From Candidatus Latescibacterota bacterium (GTDB lineage Bacteria > Latescibacterota > UBA2968 > UBA8231): DNA of 64,000 nt. The DNA lies in contig CBDCNM010000002.1 of the NCBI GenBank assembly GCA_965219385.1, positions 2,660,936-2,724,935 of the forward strand, written 5' to 3'. Made by a program: the position numbers and the translations under genes. Below the pieces are notes generated by a model. That model was not told the origin of the DNA. It saw only the letters and a list, made by a program, of their open reading frames with translations, and ran no database searches. Positions 9,501-16,800 of this stretch are shown in pieces (the first letter of the stretch is position 1; every line of letters starts with the position of its first letter).

Positions 9501-10684
9501 CCCAGAATTTCTTCATACTGGCGCAAGTGTTTAGATTCTAAGTTCAGATCATCAAGGACGATATTGATCTGTGAGGGTTGATTACTAATTTCAACAGCAA
9601 GTTGCTGTAGGAATTGGGCTACCTGAGATGGATCCCTTTTTGTGAAATTTAGCCAAAACCAAGAGCCATTTATAGCATTTGCGGTCAATTTTGCGAGAGT
9701 TGTCTTCCCTATACCTGTCCCCCCTTGTATTACAGCTAGGCCTTCTGATTGGAGTTTACTTTGGATGCTTGTGACCAGATCTGTTCTCGGAGCAAAGTTA
9801 GAATATAATGGAGGTATATTAGTTTGTATAGAAGAATGAGACTGGATAGTAATATCAGATTGGCTTCCAATGAAGGTCGATCCAACAGTATCCCTTATTG
9901 TAGAAGGTATTTGCATGTACCTTAAACGCTGAATCGGAACCCTTTGTGTTGTTTTCTCCTCAAAGATTTCGAGAAACCGTGCTAGTGTAAGCTCACGACT
10001 TCCCTTTTGTGTTGCTACCACAAAGGCTTCTCTGAGGAGATGATCAACAACTTCGCTAGAATAAGAAGGGGGTATATTGTATCGATTACCATGATAAATC
10101 AGTCTGTCTCTTATGGATTTTTCAACAAAACTGGCTTCTCTACTATCCGTTTCCCAAGCAATAGGTTCAATGAGTTGTTCATAAATTTCTTGAGGTTCTG
10201 CCTGTTTTAAAAAATCATCTACTGCCTCTAATATCTTTCCTTCATTTTGTAAAAATTTGGAGATCTTTTTGATAGCTGTTTCATCATCCGAACAATGGCT
10301 CCATAGATGAAGGCCCGCTTGGCCTTCTCCAAATGGGTTGCCTTGTTCCTTGCCTATCTTGGATCTCGTGAGAAAACGGAATTTCATACTCAGATCAGGA
10401 TGATTAGCCTGCAATTTCCAATAGTGGTTGATTGCGTCATTCACTTCCTGAGATCTGAGGGTGATCTTCCGTTGCGTGTCTTTGACTTGCGCTACCGTAG
10501 CGATTTCATCTGATACTCTGTCGAAGTCTTCCGCACCTTCCAGATAGAGAATCTCATCTTCAGTAAGATCTAGCCAAGCATTCACACTGTGCCAGATCTG
10601 ATAGAGGTATCCCCTTAGCGCATCATCTGCTTGACGCTTCGGTTCCGCCTTTAGGCCTTGTCTTTTCGCCTTTTTCTTGCTCAT
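6557..10684 (-). CDS. Nuclease-STAND NTPase-TPR protein (Avs/NLR-like anti-phage protein with a Cap4-like PD-(D/E)xK N-terminus)
   Basis: N-terminal ALRGYLYQ...EGAEDFD...AQVK; Walker A GGTGIGKTT; Walker B INIVLDD; STAND GHP motif; long helical/TPR-like C-terminus; AT-rich. Confidence 0.75.
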   Translation of the reverse strand: MSKKKAKRQGLKAEPKRQADDALRGYLYQIWHSVNAWLDLTEDEILYLEGAEDFDRVSDEIATVAQVKDTQRKITLRSQEVNDAINHYWKLQANHPDLSMKFRFLTRSKIGKEQGNPFGEGQAGLHLWSHCSDDETAIKKISKFLQNEGKILEAVDDFLKQAEPQEIYEQLIEPIAWETDSREASFVEKSIRDRLIYHGNRYNIPPSYSSEVVDHLLREAFVVATQKGSRELTLARFLEIFEEKTTQRVPIQRLRYMQIPSTIRDTVGSTFIGSQSDITIQSHSSIQTNIPPLYSNFAPRTDLVTSIQSKLQSEGLAVIQGGTGIGKTTLAKLTANAINGSWFWLNFTKRDPSQVAQFLQQLAVEISNQPSQINIVLDDLNLESKHLRQYEEILGAVIYRILEHGAKLLITSQHKPPNNIIRRLGVSESKSVVLLVPNFTISEIEQFAQQLGCPANHTKAWAKLIQLHTSGHPRLVHARLAHLQAKDWKEEEESILITPSEIIEEREEARQLLADLPENQREFLYRLSLMFTPFTREYALNIGDIPASIPHPGDTFSQLVGPWIDPASETYYTISPLLNNAANQVWSESKINDLHAQIANAILKTKNLTTTEAGAVLLHSMFGHNKEGLVAIVQAFLATPKDNWKKFSQEFSWLTHVNVKINPPNPPEELFPGDVPVNHLFRSLQYRIAVEVEPDFAPKILEIWDKETNPYEPYNSYLLSRINLATQALLYYQVSLPVKKKIDYLKEMIDIEDRYKEIKEIQEAYSVLKGQLEEQMTDKFNFFSILFKFTFARRPFYAPNLNDLVDVLDEIQPKIRAILLADFENDSIYPQLLIDSVWIAEADLENSDWKRCLQLYDKVIEKTIAWGYPHLASAAARGKAIIHDEYLQDPDTAHEVLQDIILKVGSSTVIEEAQAVIYSNHKYYRDALKIYERILPEWNPSSELELDFGLLEGYRRAGICAAYLDDWEKAATFFEEGAKKSLDIGDTKRYIGFYADVGFAQFKAGNMLSSIKLLKLALQELEKLPQDNTDVIYFTLKKRLGHTIAWLSQQIENKISIEEDVEPPPGCCSDPETKEKTLNIPDYPIGYSWFCLARIEYKFKLETTAFQHAWNTTDREAYPPLNFFLLSLKIQYDLRNKTFDDLPHLIYQLADAYASFQKHGQDEKGIGEKGVYFISIDDLSNFASIYDIIDILVAALLIQLSEDININKTLVTWRTNSLELPIKENMTAALDLIESMLLRDKREVSTVMRAQESKREERLVAALKIVHNIDTDPRNLFYAHTLVTTVIIDKDRLWGGWEEHIVIDLAELFSRQWLEKIKFQAMLKMPRTTVPEIEQACNSSETGKKKIAQILLAASQAVSVKLSPDILQEFRSWVE

Positions 10685-12291
10685 TGCATCCTAGTTTCTA
10701 CGCGCCTAGCCAAAGCAACTGCGAGATTGCTCTGAATCCCCTCTCTGGCGACAAGGTGCTGCTCCAGCCGATCAAGCAGCCCCATAAGCTCATCAACCTT
10801 GGCGACGATGCGGTGTTGCTCCGCGAGGGGTGGAAGGAGCGCATCTCGGAGGTACGCCTCTTCTCTGTTCAGGCCCGGAATGGCTGTGGACCGATCTAGC
10901 TCTTCCAGCCGGGCAGCCAAGAGCATCAGCGACGTGTATTTTAAGGACATACCCCCGTAGGGTCGCACAAAGTACGTTGTGTCAATCGGCCAGCAAGATG
11001 TCCTTGCGAGGGTAACGGCTCCGGCTGAGCCTTTCCGTCCGACAACAATACAGGGATCATTGACCAGCGCCACATCGTGTTGTCCAACGAGGCCATTTGA
11101 ACCATAGACAGGTACATCTCCTGATTCTTTTCGATCTTTGTACGGAAGGCTTTTTCCGTACTCCAAGTCAATCACGTCTCCGAGGTAAAGGTGCTTCCAT
11201 CCTTCGGGTATCTTCAATTGGCTGCAAGTGATTGGCTCACGCTGTTTCTGTGGCCGAATCTGTTTTGCATGAATTAACTGCGCTCTTTCTTCCCGAATAC
11301 GGTCCAGAAGCACCGCGGCCGGTTCCTCATCTGCATCCTGCGGCACCAGCCGCCCCCGCACCGCAAGCTGAAGCACGGCCTCGCGTAGTGGAGCCAAATC
11401 AGCGGGAGCAGTGAAAAAGTCGTCCATCCGCTCGGCAATGCGCGTCCATGCAGCCCCTACCTCTTCAGGGGTGGCGGCATTGCCAAGCGCGGCGAGTGCG
11501 GAGTCACGGCCTGCGGTGCGGGCGGCCTCGCGGCTACACCGCGTAGCCTCCAGCCGGTCGAGTAGCCCCATCAGTTCATCGACCTTGGCGACAATGCGGT
11601 GTTGTTCGGCAAGAGGGGGCAACGGCAACGGTTTCCCAGCGAGGTCGGCATAGCTAATGCTTGGAAAAGTTGTGCCTTTACCAGCCGCAAGGAATTCCTT
11701 CCCCACGTGCCACAAGTACAAATTAACATATCGTTGGGCGTCCCATGCCCGAACGAGAGCAACTCCACGACCTATGCATGCATCAAAGGCAGCGATATTC
11801 GTTCTCCCTGTTGTCGCCCCGCGCACACAAATGAGCATATCGCCGGTCGTGCACATCTGGTTGGGTTTAGTCGTGTATTTTCTACAAATGGTTAAGCCAA
11901 ATGCACCTGCTGAGAACTCAACTGGCCCATTTATAAGTGGAACCCCGAGACTTTGTTCGTTGTATGAGCTACCTGGAGGTGAATTGCCCATCACCACAAG
12001 CGCGACGTCTCCCAACCGAATCCACTGCCAAGTTTCAGGTACATTGAAAGGCACTTCATCTGATGAGAGACGTGGAAGCGACTTCGGTTTACCAATTTTA
12101 CGCTGATCTACCAAGCACCTCTTTTTCTTTTTATTGCGTTCTAAAATGCTTATAGGTGGCTCGTCACCCGCATCCTGCGGCACGAGCCGCCCCCGCACCG
12201 CAAGCTGAAGCACCAGTTCCCGCAGCCGCTCAATTCCCCCCGGTGCCTCCGCAACCGTGTCAAAGACCTCGATGAACTCCCTCGGCGTCAT
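10681..12291 (-). CDS. hsdS: Type I R-M specificity subunit
   Basis: Two TRDs; repeated LAVRGRLVPQD and LPPLAEQHRIVAKVDELM. Confidence 0.92.
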   Translation of the reverse strand: MTPREFIEVFDTVAEAPGGIERLRELVLQLAVRGRLVPQDAGDEPPISILERNKKKKRCLVDQRKIGKPKSLPRLSSDEVPFNVPETWQWIRLGDVALVVMGNSPPGSSYNEQSLGVPLINGPVEFSAGAFGLTICRKYTTKPNQMCTTGDMLICVRGATTGRTNIAAFDACIGRGVALVRAWDAQRYVNLYLWHVGKEFLAAGKGTTFPSISYADLAGKPLPLPPLAEQHRIVAKVDELMGLLDRLEATRCSREAARTAGRDSALAALGNAATPEEVGAAWTRIAERMDDFFTAPADLAPLREAVLQLAVRGRLVPQDADEEPAAVLLDRIREERAQLIHAKQIRPQKQREPITCSQLKIPEGWKHLYLGDVIDLEYGKSLPYKDRKESGDVPVYGSNGLVGQHDVALVNDPCIVVGRKGSAGAVTLARTSCWPIDTTYFVRPYGGMSLKYTSLMLLAARLEELDRSTAIPGLNREEAYLRDALLPPLAEQHRIVAKVDELMGLLDRLEQHLVAREGIQSNLAVALARRVETRMQ

Positions 12292-13796
12292 GCCGTCCGC
12301 TCCAATGCCTCGGCCAACGCCAACTTCAACTGCTCCCGCACTTCTGCCGCTGCCGCTCGTTCCTTCTCATATAACGCCAGCAGTTCATCCGGGTCGCCGT
12401 GGCCGCCCGTAGCCGCGTTGGGGTTGGCGATGTCGAGGTTGAAGCCGTGCTCGCGGATTTCGTCAATGCCGACCTTATAGGCGAACTCGTTTTCAACCCG
12501 GTTGTCCCACCATGCCTTCTCCGGCGCGAACTCCTCAATCCGCATCGGCTTGGTCTTGGAGTAGGACTTGTAGCCTTCTGGGTAGGGATGCTCGTAGTAC
12601 CAGACCTCAGTGGTGGGCCGCCCCTTCTCGAAAAACAGCACATTGGTCTTGATCGAGGTGTAGGGCGCGAATACGCCGTTGGGCAGGCGCACGATGGTGT
12701 GCAGCTCGCACTCGCTGAGCAGGCGCTCTTTCAGGCGCGTTTTCACTCCCTCGCCGAACAGGGTGCCGTCCGGTAGCACTACGGCGGCCCGGCCACCGGG
12801 CTTGAGTAGCTCGACGATCAGCAATAGGAATAGGTCCGCGGTCTCGCGGGTGCGGAACTCGCGCGGGAAATTGTGCTCGATGCCGTCCTCCTCCATGCCG
12901 CCGAAGGGGGGATTGGTGAGCACCACGTCGACCCGGTCGCGCATACTGATGTCGCGCAGGGGCCGGGCGAGGGTGTTGTCGTGCCGGATGCCGGTCGGCA
13001 CGTCAATGCCATGCACGATCATGTTGGTGGTGCAGAGCAGGTGTGGCAGGGGCTTCTTCTCTACACCCTGGACGCTGGCCTGCAGCCGCGCCTCTTGTTC
13101 CGGAGTCTTCACCTCCTGCCGGCGAATGTGCTCAATGGCGCAGGCCAAAAAGCCGCCGGTGCCGCAGGCCGGATCCAGGACCGATTCCCCGAGGCGGGGG
13201 TTGAGCATGTCAACCGCAAATTGGGTAACGGCCCGCGGCGTGTAGTATTCGCCGGCGTTCCCGGCACCCTGGAGGTCTTTGAGAAGCTGCTCGTAGATGT
13301 TGCCGAACAAGTGCCGGTTGGTGGCATCGTTGAAGTCAATGTCGGCCTCGATCTTGTTGACCACCTGCCGTAGCAGGATGCCGGACTTCATGTACTGGTA
13401 GGCGTCCTCAAAGACGCCGCGCACCAAGCGGCGGCGGCTCATCCGCACATCCTCTTCTGCACCCGGTGGGTCGACCTCCATGCCCTTGAGCGCGGGGAAC
13501 AGAACGCCGTTGACAAAGGTGAGCAGTCTATCGCCGGTGGCCCCTTCCCGCTCCGCGGCCCAGGCACTCCAGCGCAAGTCCGCAGCGGTGCGGATTTCAC
13601 CGTCTTCCAAATAGGTTACGTCGGTCAGAGGAGAGGCGAAGCCATCTTCGAGTAGTTCCAGCTCCTGCTCGCGGTCGTTCCATATCTTGAGAAACAGCAG
13701 CCAGACGAGTTGACCAATGCGCTGGGCGTCGCCGTCGACGCCCACGTCCTTGCGCATGATGTCCTGGATGGACTTGATGGTGTTAGATAGGGACAC
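12288..13796 (-). CDS. hsdM: Type I R-M N6-adenine methyltransferase (EcoAI-like)
   Basis: QDIMRKDVGVDGDAQRI, GEYYTPR, DPACGTGGFL, NPPF. Confidence 0.95.
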   Translation of the reverse strand: MSLSNTIKSIQDIMRKDVGVDGDAQRIGQLVWLLFLKIWNDREQELELLEDGFASPLTDVTYLEDGEIRTAADLRWSAWAAEREGATGDRLLTFVNGVLFPALKGMEVDPPGAEEDVRMSRRRLVRGVFEDAYQYMKSGILLRQVVNKIEADIDFNDATNRHLFGNIYEQLLKDLQGAGNAGEYYTPRAVTQFAVDMLNPRLGESVLDPACGTGGFLACAIEHIRRQEVKTPEQEARLQASVQGVEKKPLPHLLCTTNMIVHGIDVPTGIRHDNTLARPLRDISMRDRVDVVLTNPPFGGMEEDGIEHNFPREFRTRETADLFLLLIVELLKPGGRAAVVLPDGTLFGEGVKTRLKERLLSECELHTIVRLPNGVFAPYTSIKTNVLFFEKGRPTTEVWYYEHPYPEGYKSYSKTKPMRIEEFAPEKAWWDNRVENEFAYKVGIDEIREHGFNLDIANPNAATGGHGDPDELLALYEKERAAAAEVREQLKLALAEALERTA

Positions 13797-13836
13797 GGCT
13801 TAGGATCATCCTTTCACTGGCGCTTTACGCACCTAT

Positions 13837-14406
13837 CTAATCGCTCCACCCGTCTAAACAGCTACCTGTTCTATTCTGCCCAAACTGATCCCGGCTGTTG
13901 CCGGGCGGCGTTCCTGTCCTTCTCTCAAATGCCTTATGGATCCATCGGCGAATGCTATCCGTCGCCTGCTGGCTTGGCCAATCATAGATACAGGCGTAGC
14001 GATTATCTCCCTTGCAGTTATCCGCCAGTCTCGGCGGTATCAGGTGCGGATGGTACTTTCCTGTCCCAAAATCTGGATGCTTGGGGAGAATGATGCCCAG
14101 CAGACCGCATCTGGAGTTCTTTTTGGTATCCCTCAGACTGGAACCGATCTCCCAATCCACATGCTTCCGTTGCCACGTGCAAGGGCCTATCAGCACGACA
14201 TTCACGGTTGCGTCAGCAATGAAGTCGTCGCGGATTTTCTGGCGAGTGGTCTCTGTTTTGATATTGAGGTCTATGTCTCCGTCTTCGACCGATTTGTCCA
14301 CAATATCGTCTCCCATCATGCGGACAAATTCGTTTTTGTACTCTTGATCTTTATAGTGGTGATAACTGATGAACACCTTATGCCTGTCAGTTTGACTCAT
14401 CGCCAT
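13837..14406 (-). CDS. ThsB-like TIR domain protein (DUF1863/MTH538 type)
   Basis: KVFISYHH...VVLIGPCTWQRKHVDWEIGSSL with catalytic Glu; the true start may be the ATG at 14400. Confidence 0.85.
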   Translation of the reverse strand: MAMSQTDRHKVFISYHHYKDQEYKNEFVRMMGDDIVDKSVEDGDIDLNIKTETTRQKIRDDFIADATVNVVLIGPCTWQRKHVDWEIGSSLRDTKKNSRCGLLGIILPKHPDFGTGKYHPHLIPPRLADNCKGDNRYACIYDWPSQQATDSIRRWIHKAFERRTGTPPGNSRDQFGQNRTGSCLDGWSD

Positions 14407-15220
14407 TCTCCTTTAGTAGATTGAGGCGGTGTAGTCCCCGCAGGACCAGCACGATTGCTTGGTCAATGTGAGGTGTACGGGCAAGGGTAGCGTTTTCTTC
14501 TTCCGAAAGCCTATTGTTCAAGTTGGAAGACGAGAACTCCTCGAATTTCTGGCGGCCTAGCCAATCCGGGTAGGAGCTAGCCCGACGCTCGACCAATCCG
14601 AGTGTCTCTGCAATATCCCGCGTACAGCCGCCGAAGCCTCCCAACAGGAACAGAGGCTGACCTTCCTTGAGCGACAGCAGCGCTTCTTCCGCAATACCGG
14701 GCATATCGCCCTTATAGTCGGTAACGCGACCACCTAACACGACTCTCGCTTGCGTCGCCCTGCGCATGACGCGCCGCATAGCGGTCAACCCAGCGGCCCA
14801 TTCCTCGTCGGTTGGCTGATGTAGCACACGCTTGCTCCACGCTGACGGCTCCAAACGTCTGCCATCCTGTGTTAGGCAGACTAGCTCCCCAGTGCCAGCA
14901 AGGCTGTGGGAGATTTCCTCAAGTTCGTCTGCCTCCTTACTTACATGGACCGGCCATGCAAGGTAATTGGTCACGCCAATGCGGACTTCGCTCGTCTCGC
15001 TCTGGTAACGACTTACCAGCTCAAACAACAGGTCTGTAAATCCGTCCTGCCGGAGATCGCCACCGTAAGCAAGGCGGGCACCGGACGCGAGCAAATGCAG
15101 CGCGAGCCTATCCATGGCGTCGCGCAGATGCGCATTGCTTAGTCCCAATACCGACAGATCTGGGCTTTCCGATATCGAGATCGCCACCGTGCGGCCAGCA
15201 ATTGTTGGCATATAGGCCAT
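14387..15220 (-). CDS. Stand-alone SLOG domain protein (TIR-associated SLOG clade)
   Basis: VAISISESPD...LAYGGDLR...LTAMR...ARVVLGG...MPGIAEE...LLGGFGG; GGAGGT RBS. Confidence 0.8.
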   Translation of the reverse strand: MAYMPTIAGRTVAISISESPDLSVLGLSNAHLRDAMDRLALHLLASGARLAYGGDLRQDGFTDLLFELVSRYQSETSEVRIGVTNYLAWPVHVSKEADELEEISHSLAGTGELVCLTQDGRRLEPSAWSKRVLHQPTDEEWAAGLTAMRRVMRRATQARVVLGGRVTDYKGDMPGIAEEALLSLKEGQPLFLLGGFGGCTRDIAETLGLVERRASSYPDWLGRQKFEEFSSSNLNNRLSEEENATLARTPHIDQAIVLVLRGLHRLNLLKENGDESN

Positions 15221-15222
15221 CG

Positions 15223-16395
15223 TTATACCTCCGTAAGCCACTGGGTCAGATTTCGCAACCGCACATGCGGCGCAATTTTTTCAAACAACTGTTCTTCCTC
15301 AGCCCCCAACGGAGGGTCAGGATATACGATCATGGGATCTGCTACATCCGTGCGGGCCGGCAGGTTCGCAAGCGAGATTAACTCTGGATGCCTCGGCATG
15401 AACGAGACCTCCGAGCCGGCGTCTCCTGTGAGTGCAATGCGGCAACGCCACAGAAAGTCCTTGAACACCTCGTCGAGCAAATGGCCTATGACCTCTTCAA
15501 TCCGATCTGTCTTATTCGGATCCATACGCACGATGGGCACATTGCCCATGTACGGAAAGCCCCGCTCGTCAACGTCTCTCATAGAGTTGACCACAATCAT
15601 CGGGACATTCCAGCGTTTTGCTTCAATGATCTCTCGCCGACACCATTCGCGGGACGAGTAGGAGTCGGTATGTACGGCCACGAGCGCGCTCCGTTTGACC
15701 GCCAGGTTCAAGACATCTGAAAAGCGTGTCCCCGAGGGAATGTCATGTACATCGAAAAAACTCGACAGTCCGCTGCTTTGATGCAACCAATCTCGAATCT
15801 CCTGAGCAATGCGCACTCCATCGCCATTGTGTTTTGAATGGCTGAGGAAAATCTGCACTTTCTCCAAATAATGTTCAAGGGCCCTGTCGTCCTCTCCCGG
15901 ATGTCTGAGATGTTCGATATAATGCCTGAGCATCCGGCTGAACGCATAAGAAAGTTCCCTGACGAGGCGTTGTCCTCTCTCTGTATCGTTTCCTTCCCAG
16001 CGATCCCAGTGCAGTGCCTGAACATCGAGCCCAACATCAAAGCCCGCCTCTTCCAGCACCACCGGGAACACCCGCGAGCCAAGCCCTTTGGCATTCGCGT
16101 CCTTGATCAAGTCGTCAACGTATCCCCGCCACGCAGAGTCTCCTGCAAGCGCGGACTCCACCAGCACGACGATCGCCGTCGTCGCCGCCTCACTCAAGTC
16201 GATATCCAGAGGCGTCGCCGCGTCCGGAGCAAGGCTACTGCGGAAAACGACGCTCAGCCCCACATCCCCCAAGACGTTTTTGTATCGCCCGCTGCGGAAG
16301 TGCCCGCGAATCAACTCGGCAATATCCGATCCCTTGGAGTAGTTTGGATGCCAGACTATATAGACAGCCAAGATTGTATGGGTCGAGTCAGCCAC
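15223..16395 (-). CDS. TIR domain protein (TIR_2 in the C-terminal half; N-terminal alpha/beta domain possibly a degenerate TIR)
   Basis: IFLSHSKH...SFFDVHDIPSG...SYSSREWCRREIIEAK; GTG start overlaps the upstream stop codon. Confidence 0.85.
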   Translation of the reverse strand: MADSTHTILAVYIVWHPNYSKGSDIAELIRGHFRSGRYKNVLGDVGLSVVFRSSLAPDAATPLDIDLSEAATTAIVVLVESALAGDSAWRGYVDDLIKDANAKGLGSRVFPVVLEEAGFDVGLDVQALHWDRWEGNDTERGQRLVRELSYAFSRMLRHYIEHLRHPGEDDRALEHYLEKVQIFLSHSKHNGDGVRIAQEIRDWLHQSSGLSSFFDVHDIPSGTRFSDVLNLAVKRSALVAVHTDSYSSREWCRREIIEAKRWNVPMIVVNSMRDVDERGFPYMGNVPIVRMDPNKTDRIEEVIGHLLDEVFKDFLWRCRIALTGDAGSEVSFMPRHPELISLANLPARTDVADPMIVYPDPPLGAEEEQLFEKIAPHVRLRNLTQWLTEV

Positions 16396-16706
16396 TATTT
16401 CGGACCAATCGCGGGCTTGTCTGGGTTTTTCCCTTGGATGAGCGCCAATTCTCTTTCCTCATCCCAATCCGTTTCCAGAGGAGAAATAATGTCGTCGAGG
16501 ATGCGAATTTTGCCCCGATCCCTGCCAAACATGCTCGATGCCTCCTTGCGATAGGGCACGAGGCGCGACACTGGGCGGCCGTTCTTGGTAATGACAATCT
16601 CGACGCCGCTGTCGGCGACCTCGTCCATTAGCTTGAGGCATTTGGCCTTGAACTCAGATGCCTTGATCGTCCGAACATCGGTCAGGTTGTCGTCGTGTGT
16701 ATCCAT
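16395..16706 (-). CDS. Orphan Phd/YefM family antitoxin
   Basis: TIKASEFKAKCLKLMDEV...IVITKNGRPVSRLVP; no adjacent PIN/RelE toxin. Confidence 0.85.
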   Translation of the reverse strand: MDTHDDNLTDVRTIKASEFKAKCLKLMDEVADSGVEIVITKNGRPVSRLVPYRKEASSMFGRDRGKIRILDDIISPLETDWDEERELALIQGKNPDKPAIGPK

Positions 16707-16800
16707 AGCACTGTCCCCGTAAGTTGGTCGGAATGTGTGCTGATTATCACAATTAAAATTAAGATGTGTTATTGCGCATTGATTGCAAGTGTCTCGCGTA

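Noticed and set aside
10770..12220. Direct repeats within hsdS as a phase-variable shufflon
   Set aside because: They are the normal duplicated conserved regions of HsdS; there are no inverted repeats, silent TRDs or recombinase.
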